In this document: positions 39,175 to 52,960 of the stretch, in pieces
Numbering within the stretch: the stretch's first letter is position 1
Layout of the letters: the number at the start of each line of letters is the position of its first letter
Origin: Eledone cirrhosa
Taxonomy: Eukaryota
NCBI GenBank assembly: GCA_964016885.1
Contig: OZ024747.1
Coordinates: 2,604,001 to 2,668,000 of the forward strand
Direction: 5' to 3'
Length of the DNA stretch: 64,000 nucleotides
Made by a program: the position numbers and the translations under genes
Notes under the pieces: model-generated
The model's database searches: none
Told to the model about the DNA's origin: nothing
Seen by the model: only the letters and a program-made list of their open reading frames with translations

Positions 39175-39505
39175 TTAAGCTCTGTCTTGCTGAGCAACTA
39201 AACTCAATAAAGACTTTAGATTTTATTGTCCATTAGATTAGATATTTGCATATAGTACTAAAGATCATAACTACATCTACTTTGGTTTTCTTTAGAGACA
39301 AAGGATAAGAAAGGCTGGAAATTTCCCAATAAATAAAAGTTCTGTTTATAATGACATTAAGTTTTAACATGGAATTTTAAAAACGATTTTAAAAATAAAA
39401 GATATAGTAGCTTATAAAATTACTGCTTCTTTCAGAAATAAGAATAAAAGAAAATACATCCAAATATAAATAAAAATCAATAAAGATTTCATACGATTCA
39501 AATAA

Positions 39506-39571
<66 letters not shown>

Positions 39572-39662
39572 TCATAATTAACTATATATATGTTTGAGTC
39601 CAGGGTCTTATCTGGGGTAACCACTGTAAATAAGGTTCTCAATACATTCATAGAATGTAAAC

Positions 39663-39796
39663 ATGTTTAATATAGAAATGGCTTCTACAGGACTAGAGCT
39701 GTTTCATTCAAAAGAAATTATCAGGAAAGCTTTCCTGATAATTTCTTTTGAATGAAACAGTTCTAGTCCTGTAGATGCCATTTTTATAGTAAACAT
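39663..39796. repeat. 134-bp near-perfect palindrome with no spacer and a degenerate hammerhead-like core
   Basis: Centre GGAAAG|CTTTCC at 39729/39730; each strand reads CTGATAA..GAAT-GAAA-CAGY-TC. Confidence 0.8.
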
Positions 39797-41295
39797 TATA
39801 TATCTATATATCTATATGTATGTATATATATATAGCTGTTAATATATATAGCTGTATATATATATAGCTATTAAAGCTGTACAGTATATCATTTTCTCAG
39901 TTAAATTGTTCCTTATTGATATTTATTTACAATTTAAAAATAACTACAAATATTCAAGTTTGGGAGTAGACAGAAACAGCAAGTGTCATTTCAGTGAAAC
40001 ACAGTATAAAAATTGAGTTAAATTATTTTACCATGAGAAGAAGAAATAACAAGTGTTTGAGGCAGACATTTACACAATTTTTACAAATGATATAACATTT
40101 TTTGACACCAAATTACCTGAAACCACCCCTGGTTCTAACATGCAAAGTTATTTATTTGTAGATATTTATATTTATTTAAAAATCTTCCATCATAATTTTA
40201 TGGAAGAAACTTTAAGTCATATTCCCAAACACAAAATTAATGAGAATGTTAGTTATATTATTAAATCTCAGTTTCAAAATTATTTTCAAAATTATTTGAA
40301 AATCATAAGCAGTGTTTTAGAAATATAACAAAATGGTTAAAATTTTTCAAATAAAAAACTCATAATCATATCAAATGATGTGGAAAGTGATATATGTTAG
40401 AAGGCCAAACAATACAAAATGGACGCTAAGATGGAGGCAATGAAAAGTGAGTTATCTGGTAACCTTTGTTATTTTATGTTGTTTCTTTTGTCCTAATATT
40501 TCGGACTTAAAATTCCCTTCATCAGAGTATAAGGAACTTTCATTCCAATTAGTTGTGCCAAGTTAGCTTTGATATGTAAAATTGGGGGTTTGGCTATATA
40601 TTCTAATTTTATGTGTATGAGGGGTTCCCCAAACCTGAAGTGCCCTGGTCCCCCCAAGATTTAAATCCAACCCTGGTTACAGTAGACCAAACTTCATATT
40701 TCACCCACCCTGTATATATACACTTTACTCCTAATTCCTTTAGATAATGTCTAATTATTTCAAATATGTCAGTTTCAAGTCAGCTTTTCTTTCTTTTATT
40801 TGTTTACAAGTTTTTGTTTTTTATTCTGAGTAAATGAACTTTGAAGTGTTAAAAGGAAGTTATATTGTATCTGTTGATATTTTGTGGAGAAGTGCAACAA
40901 CCATAACTTGAAGACAACAGGCTTTTAAATTAAAGTGAATTAAGTCTATGTCGGTGTGAGTGTCTGTATCGGTGTGAGGATGTGAGTGTGTTTGATTCTG
41001 TGCATATGTGTGTGTTTGTGTCTTTGAGTGTGATTGTGTTTGTGATTGTGTGTGTTTGTGTGTGTGTAAGCACGTATAGGCACACATACAAACACATACA
41101 CATTATTTTTATAAGAGGTAAACCTTCTGATGATGACAACAGTGTTGACAAGAATGATTCTGTTTCACTGAAGACAATAACTTCACTGTGGCGTTACAGA
41201 AAGTGTTTTTACTGATCTTAACAATTGGTCTTCATACAGGGATAACCATTTAATGTTTAACAAGAAACTTTAAATAATAACATAATGAAACTTTT

Positions 41296-41745
41296 ACACA
41301 CACACACACACATATATGCATACACGCATTCTCTGTATCTCGCTATCTCTCTCTCTCACACACACACACACACATATATGCATGCACAAGCTCTTTCTCT
41401 CTTGCAGACATATATACACACAAACTCCTTCCTCACTCACATATGCACACACACTTACATACACACACATATATGTATATGCATATATAATCCTCTTTCT
41501 CTCACACTCACATGCTTATACTTACACAAACTATTTCTCACTCAGATATACACACACATATACGCACATGCTCTCTCTCTCTCACACACATGCATGTACA
41601 GACACACACATACATGCACAAGCTCTTTCTCACTCACATACACACACATACATACACACATACACACACACACATACATATACACACATACACATACATA
41701 CACACACACACACATACACACACATGCACACATACACACACACTC
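41296..41745. repeat. (CA/CATA/CT) compound microsatellite
   Basis: Direct reading. Confidence 0.9.
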
Positions 41746-42710
41746 GTTCATATTTTACTCAATTTAACATCCATTTTTATGTTTAGATGGGCTGGATGTG
41801 TCTTTGTTATCATTGGCCATCAATTCTGAGCTGTGACTCACCCCTCAGTCCACTACCCCCCACCTTTTGTTTTTGACCAGAATCAATCATTTAGATAATA
41901 ATTGTTTCTCATCAGTACGGATGGAATTTCAATTAATTAAAATTTCTTGGCTCACTTCATCCAATATGTTAACATCCACTTTACAATCACTTTTTCTTGT
42001 CTCTTCCTTCTGCTTCAACTACGTTCCATGCTTCCAATGTTAGCAGATAACGTATATGTTGCTATGTGCTTAAGAAGTTCACTTTCCAGTCATGTAGTTT
42101 TGTGCTTGATCCACTATTTGAACCTTAGACAAACATCTTCTGTTAAAACCTTAGGTTCACCAAACACCTTATTGAGTAAAATTTGGTAGGTGAGAATTGT
42201 GTAAAATTTCACTCTATGTAGATATTTATCTACATTGCCGTGGATTTCAGGATGCTTATGTCATTGCTACCATCATTTTTACGTCCGTTTTTCCACACTT
42301 GCATGGGTTGGATGGATCCTTTTCAGCACAATATCTTTCAACTCATCGTGTTCCTTCGTCATCTTCTCTGAGAGTCTCAGCGATTTAAGATCAGTTCTCA
42401 CCACCTTCTGTGTTGAACAAAATTGTCCTGAGGTATTATTCTCTGCCTTGCTTATGATCCTTTACACCCAAAATTTCTAACTTGTCTCCCCCTATTAGGT
42501 AGATAAAATAAATACCAGGCAATATGCTGATTTATATGATTGACTAAAACCACTGAAATTGGCACTCCAGTATGTTTCTGTCCAATTACTGAAACCAGTA
42601 AAAATATAGATTGTTTATTGTAAAGAAACAATCATAAGCTAGCTAGAAATTCAATTTAGAATTATAATTCCATTTCACAAATGCCTGTAGAGTCTATATA
42701 TTCTCTAGAT

Positions 42711-42938
42711 GTATGGTTCCCAAACTTATTTTGTCATGGAGGATTTATACACTTTCCCAAGAATTGTAGAATCTATACCTATATTTTATAGACATTAAAT
42801 GAAACAAAACTTGTTTTAGAGAGAGAATGTATTCATATAAAAAGAAGATATAATAATTTTTTATTACATTTTATGTAAAGAAATTTTATCTTGCAGAAAC
42901 TCATAATTTTTTTGTAGAACTCACTTTGGGAAATATTG
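42711..42938. mobile_element. Degenerate hAT/Charlie-like MITE
   Basis: Ends TGGTTCCCAAAC ... CTTTGGGAAATATTG with NTCTAN-type flanks. Confidence 0.5.
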
Positions 42939-45900
42939 GTCTATGACATTACACAAATGAAATATAAAGCTCTTAGATATGTTGCATTCACAATGGAAGG
43001 TTTGGACTTGGTATAACAAGTTAGTGTATCACCAATATCATAGTGTAGCTGCTGATTATAGTTATGTATTGTATCATATGTGGTACATAGAACTAGGAGA
43101 ATCTGGCCATTGATATTAAAGCAGGGAATCTGAGATCAAATTTCAGAGATGGACAGTGGGTTAGTGGTATTGTTAAAGTATCAAATAACATATCCTGGTT
43201 TGTATCATACTGTGGTTTACTTGGGAAGTAGACTTAATCTATCACACTATTTAACTCCCCAACCTGATTCCTGAGTGTCTTTAACAGGGACCACTTTGCT
43301 AAAGCTTTTAGTCTGGTTTGTGATAACTTTTCACCTCTCAATCTTGGAGGAGTTGGAAATAGTCATAAACACTGCCCTTTCTTAGGTGACTAAGCTGTTA
43401 TATATATATATATAAAACATATATTGACCCTAAACAGACCACAGTTTAAGTGATAGAATACAAACAAACAAGTTTCTCAGCTGATTGTCCAGTGTGCAAT
43501 ATCAGCCTAGCAAGCGATAGAATTGGTAAAACATTCGATTACATGAGGGCTTAAACCCAATCAAGATCAACTCTACATTTTATCCTCTTGTGGCTATTAA
43601 AAGAGCTGCCTATAATCTACTAAGATCGATAAAATAAGTATTCTGTTCTACAGAGGTTATTTCAATATAATTTACTATAGTCTGACAAACATTAGCTTCA
43701 TGCCTACAATTTTCAGACTCATGACAAAATATTCTTCTTTTGATTACAGTAACTTTACAATATTCATTTGAAAAAGAATAGTTGTGTTTATGAAGATATT
43801 ATACAAATTTTAATGTGTTTGCTGATTGTAAGTTTTGTTTGCATGTAAATTAATAGTAATAGTAACATTTTATTGCTATGACCAAGATTATTGCTTAAAC
43901 ATTAATACATTCCCTAATAGAATACCACCTATACTGCAGTTCTGTTTTCTGGCCCTTTGCCAGAAACAAAATAAAACATACTTTCGCCCTTCCACATACA
44001 TACACCCCAGAACAGGCCCTGATAAAAGGATAATAATCAGAGCACTTACCAAAGATAACACCTTCATTTCCTTCTAATTCTCAACTATACTAATCAGCAA
44101 TGCATTACCATAAATATTAAACAGAGACTCAGCTTAGTTTAAGCATAATAAGATACTTTATGACTTATTAATTCCAACAGAGCATCAATCATTAATTATG
44201 AAACTAGTGAAGCTCTCTTTAACTAAAAGTATATTAACTTGGTATTCTAAATAACATTCTTATTCCATGGAGGCAAGTTTATATCTTTATTGAATTCTGA
44301 GCAATTGTACATTGCTTTGCTAAACAGGGAAATAAAATTTCTATTTCAATGTTCTTAAATATTTCATGGGTATGACAAAGCTTGTTGTCAGACCTTTATT
44401 ATCTTGTAAATGGATACCAATATGGTTTCTTCAGTGTCTACTCAGCAAACTCTTATGCATTTTAAAATAATTCAGACATTAAGAGGAACATATTTAAATT
44501 GAAATTTCATCTTATATTTCTGTGTATTAAATGGTATAGATTACAGTGAGACTTCATTTATAGGTATACACAGTCTACATAAGTGTTTCTGAAGCTGACA
44601 CACCAGTTACAGACTGACACACACCCTATATAGTTGTCCGAAAGACCCAAGAGTATCATAATGAATATGAAAGAATTCCATATTTGATTAAATAAATTAT
44701 TTATATATTTGATATAAAATGCACAACTGTGATTTCTGTTATAATATTCCTCCCAGATATTGGATATTGCACCCTCTCCGTATTTGCATATCTGGCCCAT
44801 ATCCAGAAAGAGGTCTATCCATCTTATTGGCAAGATATTATTCAGCGATTCTTTATGACTCTGCTCTATGTTTCCTACTGCTACTAAAATTGACTCTGTT
44901 GCTCTAAACTTGTTTACTATATAATCCTTATCTTAACATACTTAATCCCTTCAGAATTCTCTCTGTTGCAGTTTCCATATCTTATACTAAATACCATGTT
45001 CAACCTTTTCTTCCGAGTACTTAATTAGTAATGAAAAGATCAAATATTTCTGGTATTCCATTCCTGCCCATCCTTCACCACAATCATGAACTTAGTTCCA
45101 CTAAACATTAACTCCATTTACCTTATTTATTTATATTTCAATAGTCTCAAATCAATTAAATTTTGAAAGAACCATAGTACACATACAGTGAAACATGAAT
45201 AGTGCCTTCCTAAATTTTCAGTTGTTTGCTTCACATAAAATGTCTGCCAAATTTAGTAAAACTTTCAACTCCTCTAAAGACTACACTACAATATTCATGT
45301 CAATGTTTTTTGTGGTGAGCATTTTTTCATTATTGTTTCATCATCATCATCATTTTACGTCCATTGCTCCATACTTGCATGGGTTTGATGGGCCCTTCTA
45401 GGTACATCATCTCTCCCCTTGTGGCCTTCCTTTGTCATCTCCTCTGTGAGCTTCAGCGATCTAAGATCAGCTCTCATCACTTCCATCCAGGTTTTCCTTG
45501 GTATTCCTTCCACTACGATTACTTGACACTTATTTACCCAGCAATCATCATAGGTACATATATCTCTATTAGCAAAGTAATATCATCCATAGAGTTGAAT
45601 TTGGTCCATTTAAATTCAGATTGTAATCTCTTGGATAAAACTGGAGAGAAATATTTTTCTTATGATTAACAAATAGATGATATTTCTCTAGTTACACCAG
45701 TAATTAATAAGTTCCATAAGCAGAGATACTTTCCAGTTATTCATCACAAACATTATGCGAGATCTGAGTAAGTTAGGCCAGTCTATGGTGTGTAGTTATA
45801 ACAATCACAGCTACAATTTGATCACTTCAGATTTCAATATATTGTGTATGTAAACTATTTAATAAGCTTATGACTAGACAGATATACATGGCACCAAAAA

Positions 45901-47821
45901 AAGAGGGAATAATAAAGAAGAAAAGAGGGTAATAATATAAAAAGAAAAATAATGATCTTTGAGGCAAGCCAATACACTCAGCCTTGCCTTGGGTGAAAAC
46001 AATGCTAAGACACCTGGAACTCTTGTGGGCATCACCTGATACCTTTGCATAGCAAGTCACTAAAGATAAGAACTTTGTTGTCAGCCCTCCTGCTCCCCCA
46101 AATGTCTCAAATACCATAAGTTGAACAAAATAGTTTGCAGATAATCCGTGGTATTTTTTAAAATTTAATTCCATTTGACTCTAGAAATAATGACTGCTCA
46201 CCTTTACCGTGGCATCTCTGATGTGGGAAGGTACCATGAAGTAGGATTGAACTTGAAACCATGTAATTGTGAAGCAAAATATTTATCCACAGAATCATAC
46301 CTGCACTCATATGTTTACCTTTATAACAAAGTTCTGAATTACACCAAATACACCCCACAAACATGCATAACTTCGTTGGTATTCTCATTTCAGAAACTTT
46401 TTTAATATGAAACTAAAGACATTCAAACTTTATTGGAAAATATTTTTTTAAATAAGATTTCACTAATATAGAAATTCATCTAAAGTCAAGTATATTGGTG
46501 ACTCTTTTCTTGATCTTTGCTTGAGATTTATTTGGTTTATTCTTCCAAAACCTAATTTGATTTAGAATAATCTCAACAACTAAGCAGCTTAGAATCAAAT
46601 GTTGTTTTCATCAGCTCATTATTCAATGTATTCAGGAAAAGACTCACTATTTTGCTTTCTATCATATTCATATTCAGTGAGACTGTCTCTTTCTAATTAT
46701 GCTTATTTATCAATGTAATTAGTGGCCTTAAAAATATATTTCACCTTTAAGCCTTGTAATGTAACCTTGTAGGTAATATATTAGACATCTTAAAATTTGT
46801 TTCATGCTAAACTCCTTTTAATTAATTATCACTATTGTATATTTTAAAATATATTATGGAATATATATATAAATAAAATAATTTATTTCCAACTAAAGAA
46901 AAAATTAGCAAACTCCTGGAATTTCAATTTCAACTCTTCATAAAATGCTAAGGCAAGATTGTGATTAAGCCATTGAAATATGTAAAATCTTTATTTTAAA
47001 TATCTATCAATAAACCTATCTCCAAATATTACTTTTAAGTTAAAACACCTTGTAGTTATACTATTTAGGAATATGTTTAAGAGGGATATTATACTTATCG
47101 TATCAAAAACTATAAAAAATTACTACTGTTATGAAATCTTATTGTTTCAAATAATAGGCACATGCATAGTTGTGATTGTATGGTTTAGAAGTTTGCTTCA
47201 AAACTACATGGCTTCAGGATCCACCCTACCACATGGCACCTTCAGTAAATGGCTTCTATTTTAGCCATAGACAGATATTTTTCAGAAGCCTTATACACAT
47301 TGGCAAAGGGTGTAAACATTGAAAAAAAAAAATGATACCTTGTAATATTTGTTCTGCACCAAGTCATTTTTACTGCCAGAGACGCAGTGAATTTACCTCT
47401 GCTCTGTTTAAAAATAATTTAGTATACGACATATGAAGAATCAAATGGTGAATTAGCAGTCATTAGAGTGTCAGATTAGATATTTTGCAGTGTTTGTGTC
47501 AGCTTCCTGCTCTCTGCTCTCTAAGTTCAAATACCGCCAAGATCAACCTTACCTTTCATCCTTTCAGGATCGATAAATAAAGTACCACCCCAGAAACAAT
47601 GGATTGGCTGAATTGTTAAAGTGCCAGAGAAGATACTTCGCAGTATCTCTTCCAGCTTATGCATCATAAGTTTAAGTTCTGCAACTTGTCCAAATCAAAC
47701 CTAACAGGCGTAGACAGGTAGACCTAAGCCCAGTATATATGTTGAAGCTTCATCTTGTAGTGGATAAAACACAGCTGGGTAAAAATGTGTGAATAAATTA
47801 ATATTGAATTTCTAGAATAAT

Positions 47822-48006
47822 AATTGTTTCTACTTTTGGCACAAGGCCAGAAATTATCCAGTACATTACTGGTACTTTATTTTATCGACCCCGTAAGGAT
47901 GAAAGGCAAAGTTAAGCTCGACGGGATTTGAACTCAGACCGTAAAGGGACGTAACTATGCTAGAAAGCATGGCATCCAACCCTCTACCGATACTGCCAAT
48001 TCACCC
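47822..48006 (-). mobile_element. SINE family B, full length
   Basis: Reverse complement of the 55009-55190 type. Confidence 0.9.
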
Positions 48007-48495
48007 TTCTAGAATAATAAGAGTTGTAGAGTAACTGTACAGAAATACTTAATTCTTTTTCATGATTTCAAATAATTTTATTAGTATTGATCAAAGGCAA
48101 TCCAGTTATGGCCATCCAATCTTTTTGTAACTATCATCAGTTTAATTAGATGACCTCATCATCATGAACACCAGTGGTTTCACAGATGATCAACTATTAA
48201 TTCGACAATGGGTTAGCACCATGGTGCCACTTAGCAGAGAAATCTATAACTATGCAGATGTGGCAAGTCATATATTTTAGCCATTAATGAATGGTTCACC
48301 TTCGATGGTGGGATGACTCAAGAAAAATTCTACATTATCAAATGTGTCTTTCTTTTGTTTAAGAAAGTATGGTATGAGTTGTGGGAATTTTGTGGTTATT
48401 TGTAGCACCATTGTAGAGGATCTTTTAATCTATATAGGTGGGGTACATTATGCCATTAGATTCAGCAAAATTAGCAGAATTGTAATATATCTTAA

Positions 48496-48717
48496 CCCTG
48501 TAGCATATACATTACTCTATATATATATACTATTATATTTTCACGGTAAAGGTTTTGCCTCACATAATTATCTTACATAATATCGAATATATGAGATTTT
48601 AATATTTATTTTGAGAACAATACCTTAACAACACTATGAATGGCTGGTTACAGCCAATTTGAAGAGAAAGAGGTGAGAGAATTCTGGCTGGACATGGCCA
48701 GTTTAAATGCTAAAGGG
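48496..48717. mobile_element. piggyBac-type MITE, uninterrupted copy
   Basis: TTAA|CCCTGTAGCATATA ... TAAATGCTAAAGGG|TTAT; internal sequence colinear with 38971-39174. Confidence 0.8.
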
Positions 48718-50621
48718 TTATGGTAAAGTAGCTGATATTAAACAGAACCTGAACAGATATCTACAACTGTTTATATTTTCAGTAGACAGACTCAAACAAG
48801 TATGAAAAGATAGTTATGTTAAAATATTTTTTTGAAATTAATTAATATAAATATTTAATAGAAAACATTAAAGTTTTTAAGTGAGTAAATGAGAAAATAT
48901 ATTGATTTTATTAAACTGCAAATGTATATATATTTTTTTTGTTTAGAATTATTTTATATAAATCAACTAAAATAGGCTATAATTTTATGAAAGTCATTGA
49001 AACTTGCTGCTGAGAGTAGTTAAGGATTATAATTTTGAATTATTTTTCAATTTCATTGTCATGTTAATTATTTTGTTTTCTTAGCCAACCAACACCGTTG
49101 CAATTTCTTGGTTGAAATGTTAGGAAGATCATCCAGCTGTAAAGACATCAGTTCCAATAACTCATAAAATATCTAAATTTATAGAACCATCCAATCCATG
49201 TTAACACGAAGAAAAAAACTGAAAATTATAGATAAAAACAAAAGATTTGTTGGTACGATTAGCATATTAATTTAAGCAGCTCATGTATTTCTAATCACAA
49301 GACCTCTTCCAAGTTGTTAATCTCCACCTTGCATACTTGATTAATAGTATGTCACATTGTATAACCAAAAGAACAATCTGACAATTACAGCAACTTAAGA
49401 AAGAAATCAACATAGATTTATAATTAAATTAATAAATAGTTTGTTTTATCTTTTGTTATCATATTTTGTGGTACTGTCACATTATTGAAGACTGGGTCTT
49501 TGAATTCATCCATGAGGCTCTGGACAAATATTTAATGCAAGTCCTAAATCAAAGGATTTATGTATGTGATATAGCTATATATATATATACTCTTGAAAAG
49601 GCTTGCTAAACACATAAGCCGAAACTACTTGATGCCTCACCTGGGATTTTACATATATATACATACATACATACACATAAACCCATGCAACCGTAGAAGA
49701 TGGACGTTAAACGATGATGATGATGATGATATATGTACATATAGATTTAATGAATATTATGAATCTGTCCCAACACATCCACTTTATGCTCATCTGGTCT
49801 GCTCTATTCTGGCAATATTCTCAACAATAACCTATGTCAACAAATTTTCTAAAGGCTGTTGTTAAGCATTCAGAAGAGTTACCTGTCTCAGAGACCCAGT
49901 TAAAAAGTAAAAATAGTGAAACATGAGCATTTCATTCATTTTCTATTCAGCAACATAAGGCATTCTCAATTTTTTTTAGAGAAGAGCCTCATATTTCATA
50001 TAGTTTAGGGCCTCAGCAGGTGAAAGTCTGGCTCTAGTTGCTTTACTTTGCTTCAATATCAATAGTTACCAATATCAATAGTTACTCCATATTGGTTAAT
50101 ACCTCACCATGATGGAAATAAGGATAACATCGATTAAAATGAATCAAAATAATTCTGCCATTTTATTTCACTATTCAATTTATTATCTGGAAAAAGAATT
50201 GAGACTTTTCTAGATAAGTTTATTTTGTTTTCTTTTAACATTTTAACGTTACCATTATTCCTCAAGTCAGAACTCATATAATAACCATTTTAATAGATTT
50301 CTCATTTAGTTTCCTAAATTTCATTAATATTCTTCAGCACCCATTTTTTAAAAATCAAATGAAGGTAAAAAAATATCAATGTTTGTAATCAACAACTTAA
50401 AAACTGAAAAATTGCATAATCTATATAACTACTGCTAAATTACTGTTACTGGGGATATTTCCAGTACTTCTGGGAAATCACCAATTGATGAAATTCCTCA
50501 GTGTCTACACTGTATAATTATTTATACACAAGCACATACATATATATATATGTTTGTCTGTATGTATATATGCATCTCACTCTCTTTATATATATACATA
50601 TATACATAAATAAATAAATAA

Positions 50622-50657
<36 letters not shown>

Positions 50658-51149
50658 CAGGTATAAAAGACAAGACATCGGTTTCTGATTTCCTGATAGA
50701 TATATTCAGTTCTAAATTTCTTTACTTCTCAATTACTTTCAAGGAACATGTGATTCCAAACCCTTCTGTAAAAACTCTTAAAATCCATTTCAATAATCAC
50801 TCATAGTTTTGATCATCTTGGAATTTCACAAAACAGTTTTTATTAGGATATTCTAAGAGAATATTTCTTATGTTTCTCCATCTATGTTGCTTTGATCCTA
50901 GATTTCAACAATTTTTATTACTAATCATTTAGAAGTATGTGAAGATAGTAAGATTATGTTGGAGATGGAGGGTACTCATTCAGACATCCCACACACACAC
51001 AAAGACATACATATATGCTGATTGTTATTTCTTATCAGAAGAGTGCCAACCCTTCATTGAATACTGCATGGTCACGGTCACGCAGGTGACTTTTCAGACT
51101 CACATTTGTCTTGCAGATACATAGATTGATGTGATACTTGAATTCTCTG

Positions 51150-51600
51150 TCTCCTGGTAAAACCGGATGAAGTGTGTCTTCATGCATTTTACCATGTCTG
51201 GTCAGTCCAGCCACTGACCGGCAAATGAAGCCACACTCTCTGCAAATATATAGTGGAGTCTGTGGGGGTAGAACCAGCTCACAGTTGGCTCGCTTTCTCC
51301 CTGACTCCTGTGATTTCAGATGGTTAACAAAATCAGTTCTTGTTAGAAGAAATCAGCCACTTACATTGCATCTCAATTCCTGCTGGATTTTTGCAGGAAC
51401 TGCACTTGAATCCCACTTAGGAAGTGAACACTTCAAAACAGTATGTTCCACTCACTTTTTCTCTACACCATCACATCCATATTTGATGATATTTCTCCAT
51501 GGTGTATGACCTTCAGCATTGTATATGATACATCCAGAACATTAAGTGATCCTCCTATATATCTGATGCTGCAATACTTGAGAAAATGGATAGATCAATA
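51150..51600 (-). mobile_element. Decayed RTE/BovB-like LINE C-terminus with C2H2 finger
   Basis: Minus strand YICRECGFICRSVAGLTRHGKMH, like the terminal finger of RTE-BovB-type ORFs. Confidence 0.55.
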
Positions 51601-52441
51601 TTGAGAAGATGCTGATCAATTCAATTATTTATACTACAGCGGTACATTTATTGGTCTTATGTACAGGAAAAAGAACAACATTTAGACACAGTTTATATAC
51701 AAATTATTTTGAAATTCCTTTATATTTGTCATAATCGATACAGAGCAAAAACAATTTTTGGAAATGCACTTTTTCAGATCATGCATGGTATCAAATCCTC
51801 ACCCATTAGTCACCCAAATTATCGAGATCTTATTATTTGAAACAGCAATTTCATGATAGCTGATCTAAAGCTTTATAGTAGTGAGCAAAACATTGACATT
51901 GTGATATTGCAATAATAAATGGACTTAAATGACCATAAGAAAATAAGGAAAAAAAGTTTTTAGCAATAATAGAAGAGAAGGGAGGGTTATGAGAATAATA
52001 TTTATTATTACGCTGGAAAAGCAGATAAATATGAAAACAATTTTGAAACATTGCAATAGAGGAAAGTATAAAGATACAATATATAGAGAAAAGTAATAAA
52101 CAACGATAAACATCAGCTGCTTATGAGAAATATGAGAGGAAGGATGGAAATCTGAATATAACAGAAAAAATAGTTATGGAAGTAAAATATGGGGAATAAT
52201 AGAAAATTATAAGTTATGTTAGTGAAATATGGACATAAGAGAGAATTATGGTGATAGTAAGAAGGAAAAGAATAGAAATATTAAACAAATACTGGAGCTA
52301 GAGTAACAGAGAAATTGAGATATAACTGCAATATAAAGAAATCACTTGCATTCATACTTTCATATTTCAAATATATCGAGACATTTCCTAGTCTCTATTA
52401 TATTTCCTAGTTTTACCTTCATTCTCTTGTACGCTTCTAAT

Positions 52442-52960
52442 TTATTTAGCTATGTCTCCTTCTTATTTGCTGTCTCCCTCTTATTGGACATGTCTCTCTC
52501 TTATTAGCTATGTCTCCCACTTATTAGTTATGTCTCCTTCTTATTATCTATGTCTCCCTGTTATTGTCCATGTGTCCCCCTTATTAACCATGTCTCCCTC
52601 TTATTAACCATGTCTCCCTCTTATTAGCCATGTCTCCCTTTTATTAGCAATGTCTCCCTCTTATTAACCATGACTACCTTTTATTAACCATGTCTCCCTC
52701 TTATTAGACATGTCTCCCTCTTATTAGTTATGTCTCCTTCTTATTAGCTATGTCTCCCTCTTATTAGCCCTGTCCCTCTCTTATTAGCTATCTCTCTCTC
52801 TTATTAACCATGTCTCCCTTTTATTAGCCATGTCTCCTTCTTATTAGCCATGTCTCCCTCTTATTAACCATGCCTCTTTTTAACCATGTCTCCCACTTAT
52901 TAACAATGTCTCCCTCTTATTAGCTATGTCTGCCTCTTATTAGCTATGTCTCCTTCTTAT
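52442..52960. repeat. 20-bp minisatellite (TTATTAGCCATGTCTCCCTC), ~26 copies
   Basis: Direct reading. Confidence 0.95.

Noticed and set aside
41119-41215. Possible terminal Pcdh exon (GKPSDDDNSVDK...)
   Set aside because: Phase-compatible, but the acceptor is weak and there is no recognisable Pcdh motif.
51190-51265. Host C2H2 zinc-finger gene
   Set aside because: A single finger with no TGEKP linkers, embedded in decayed LINE-like sequence.
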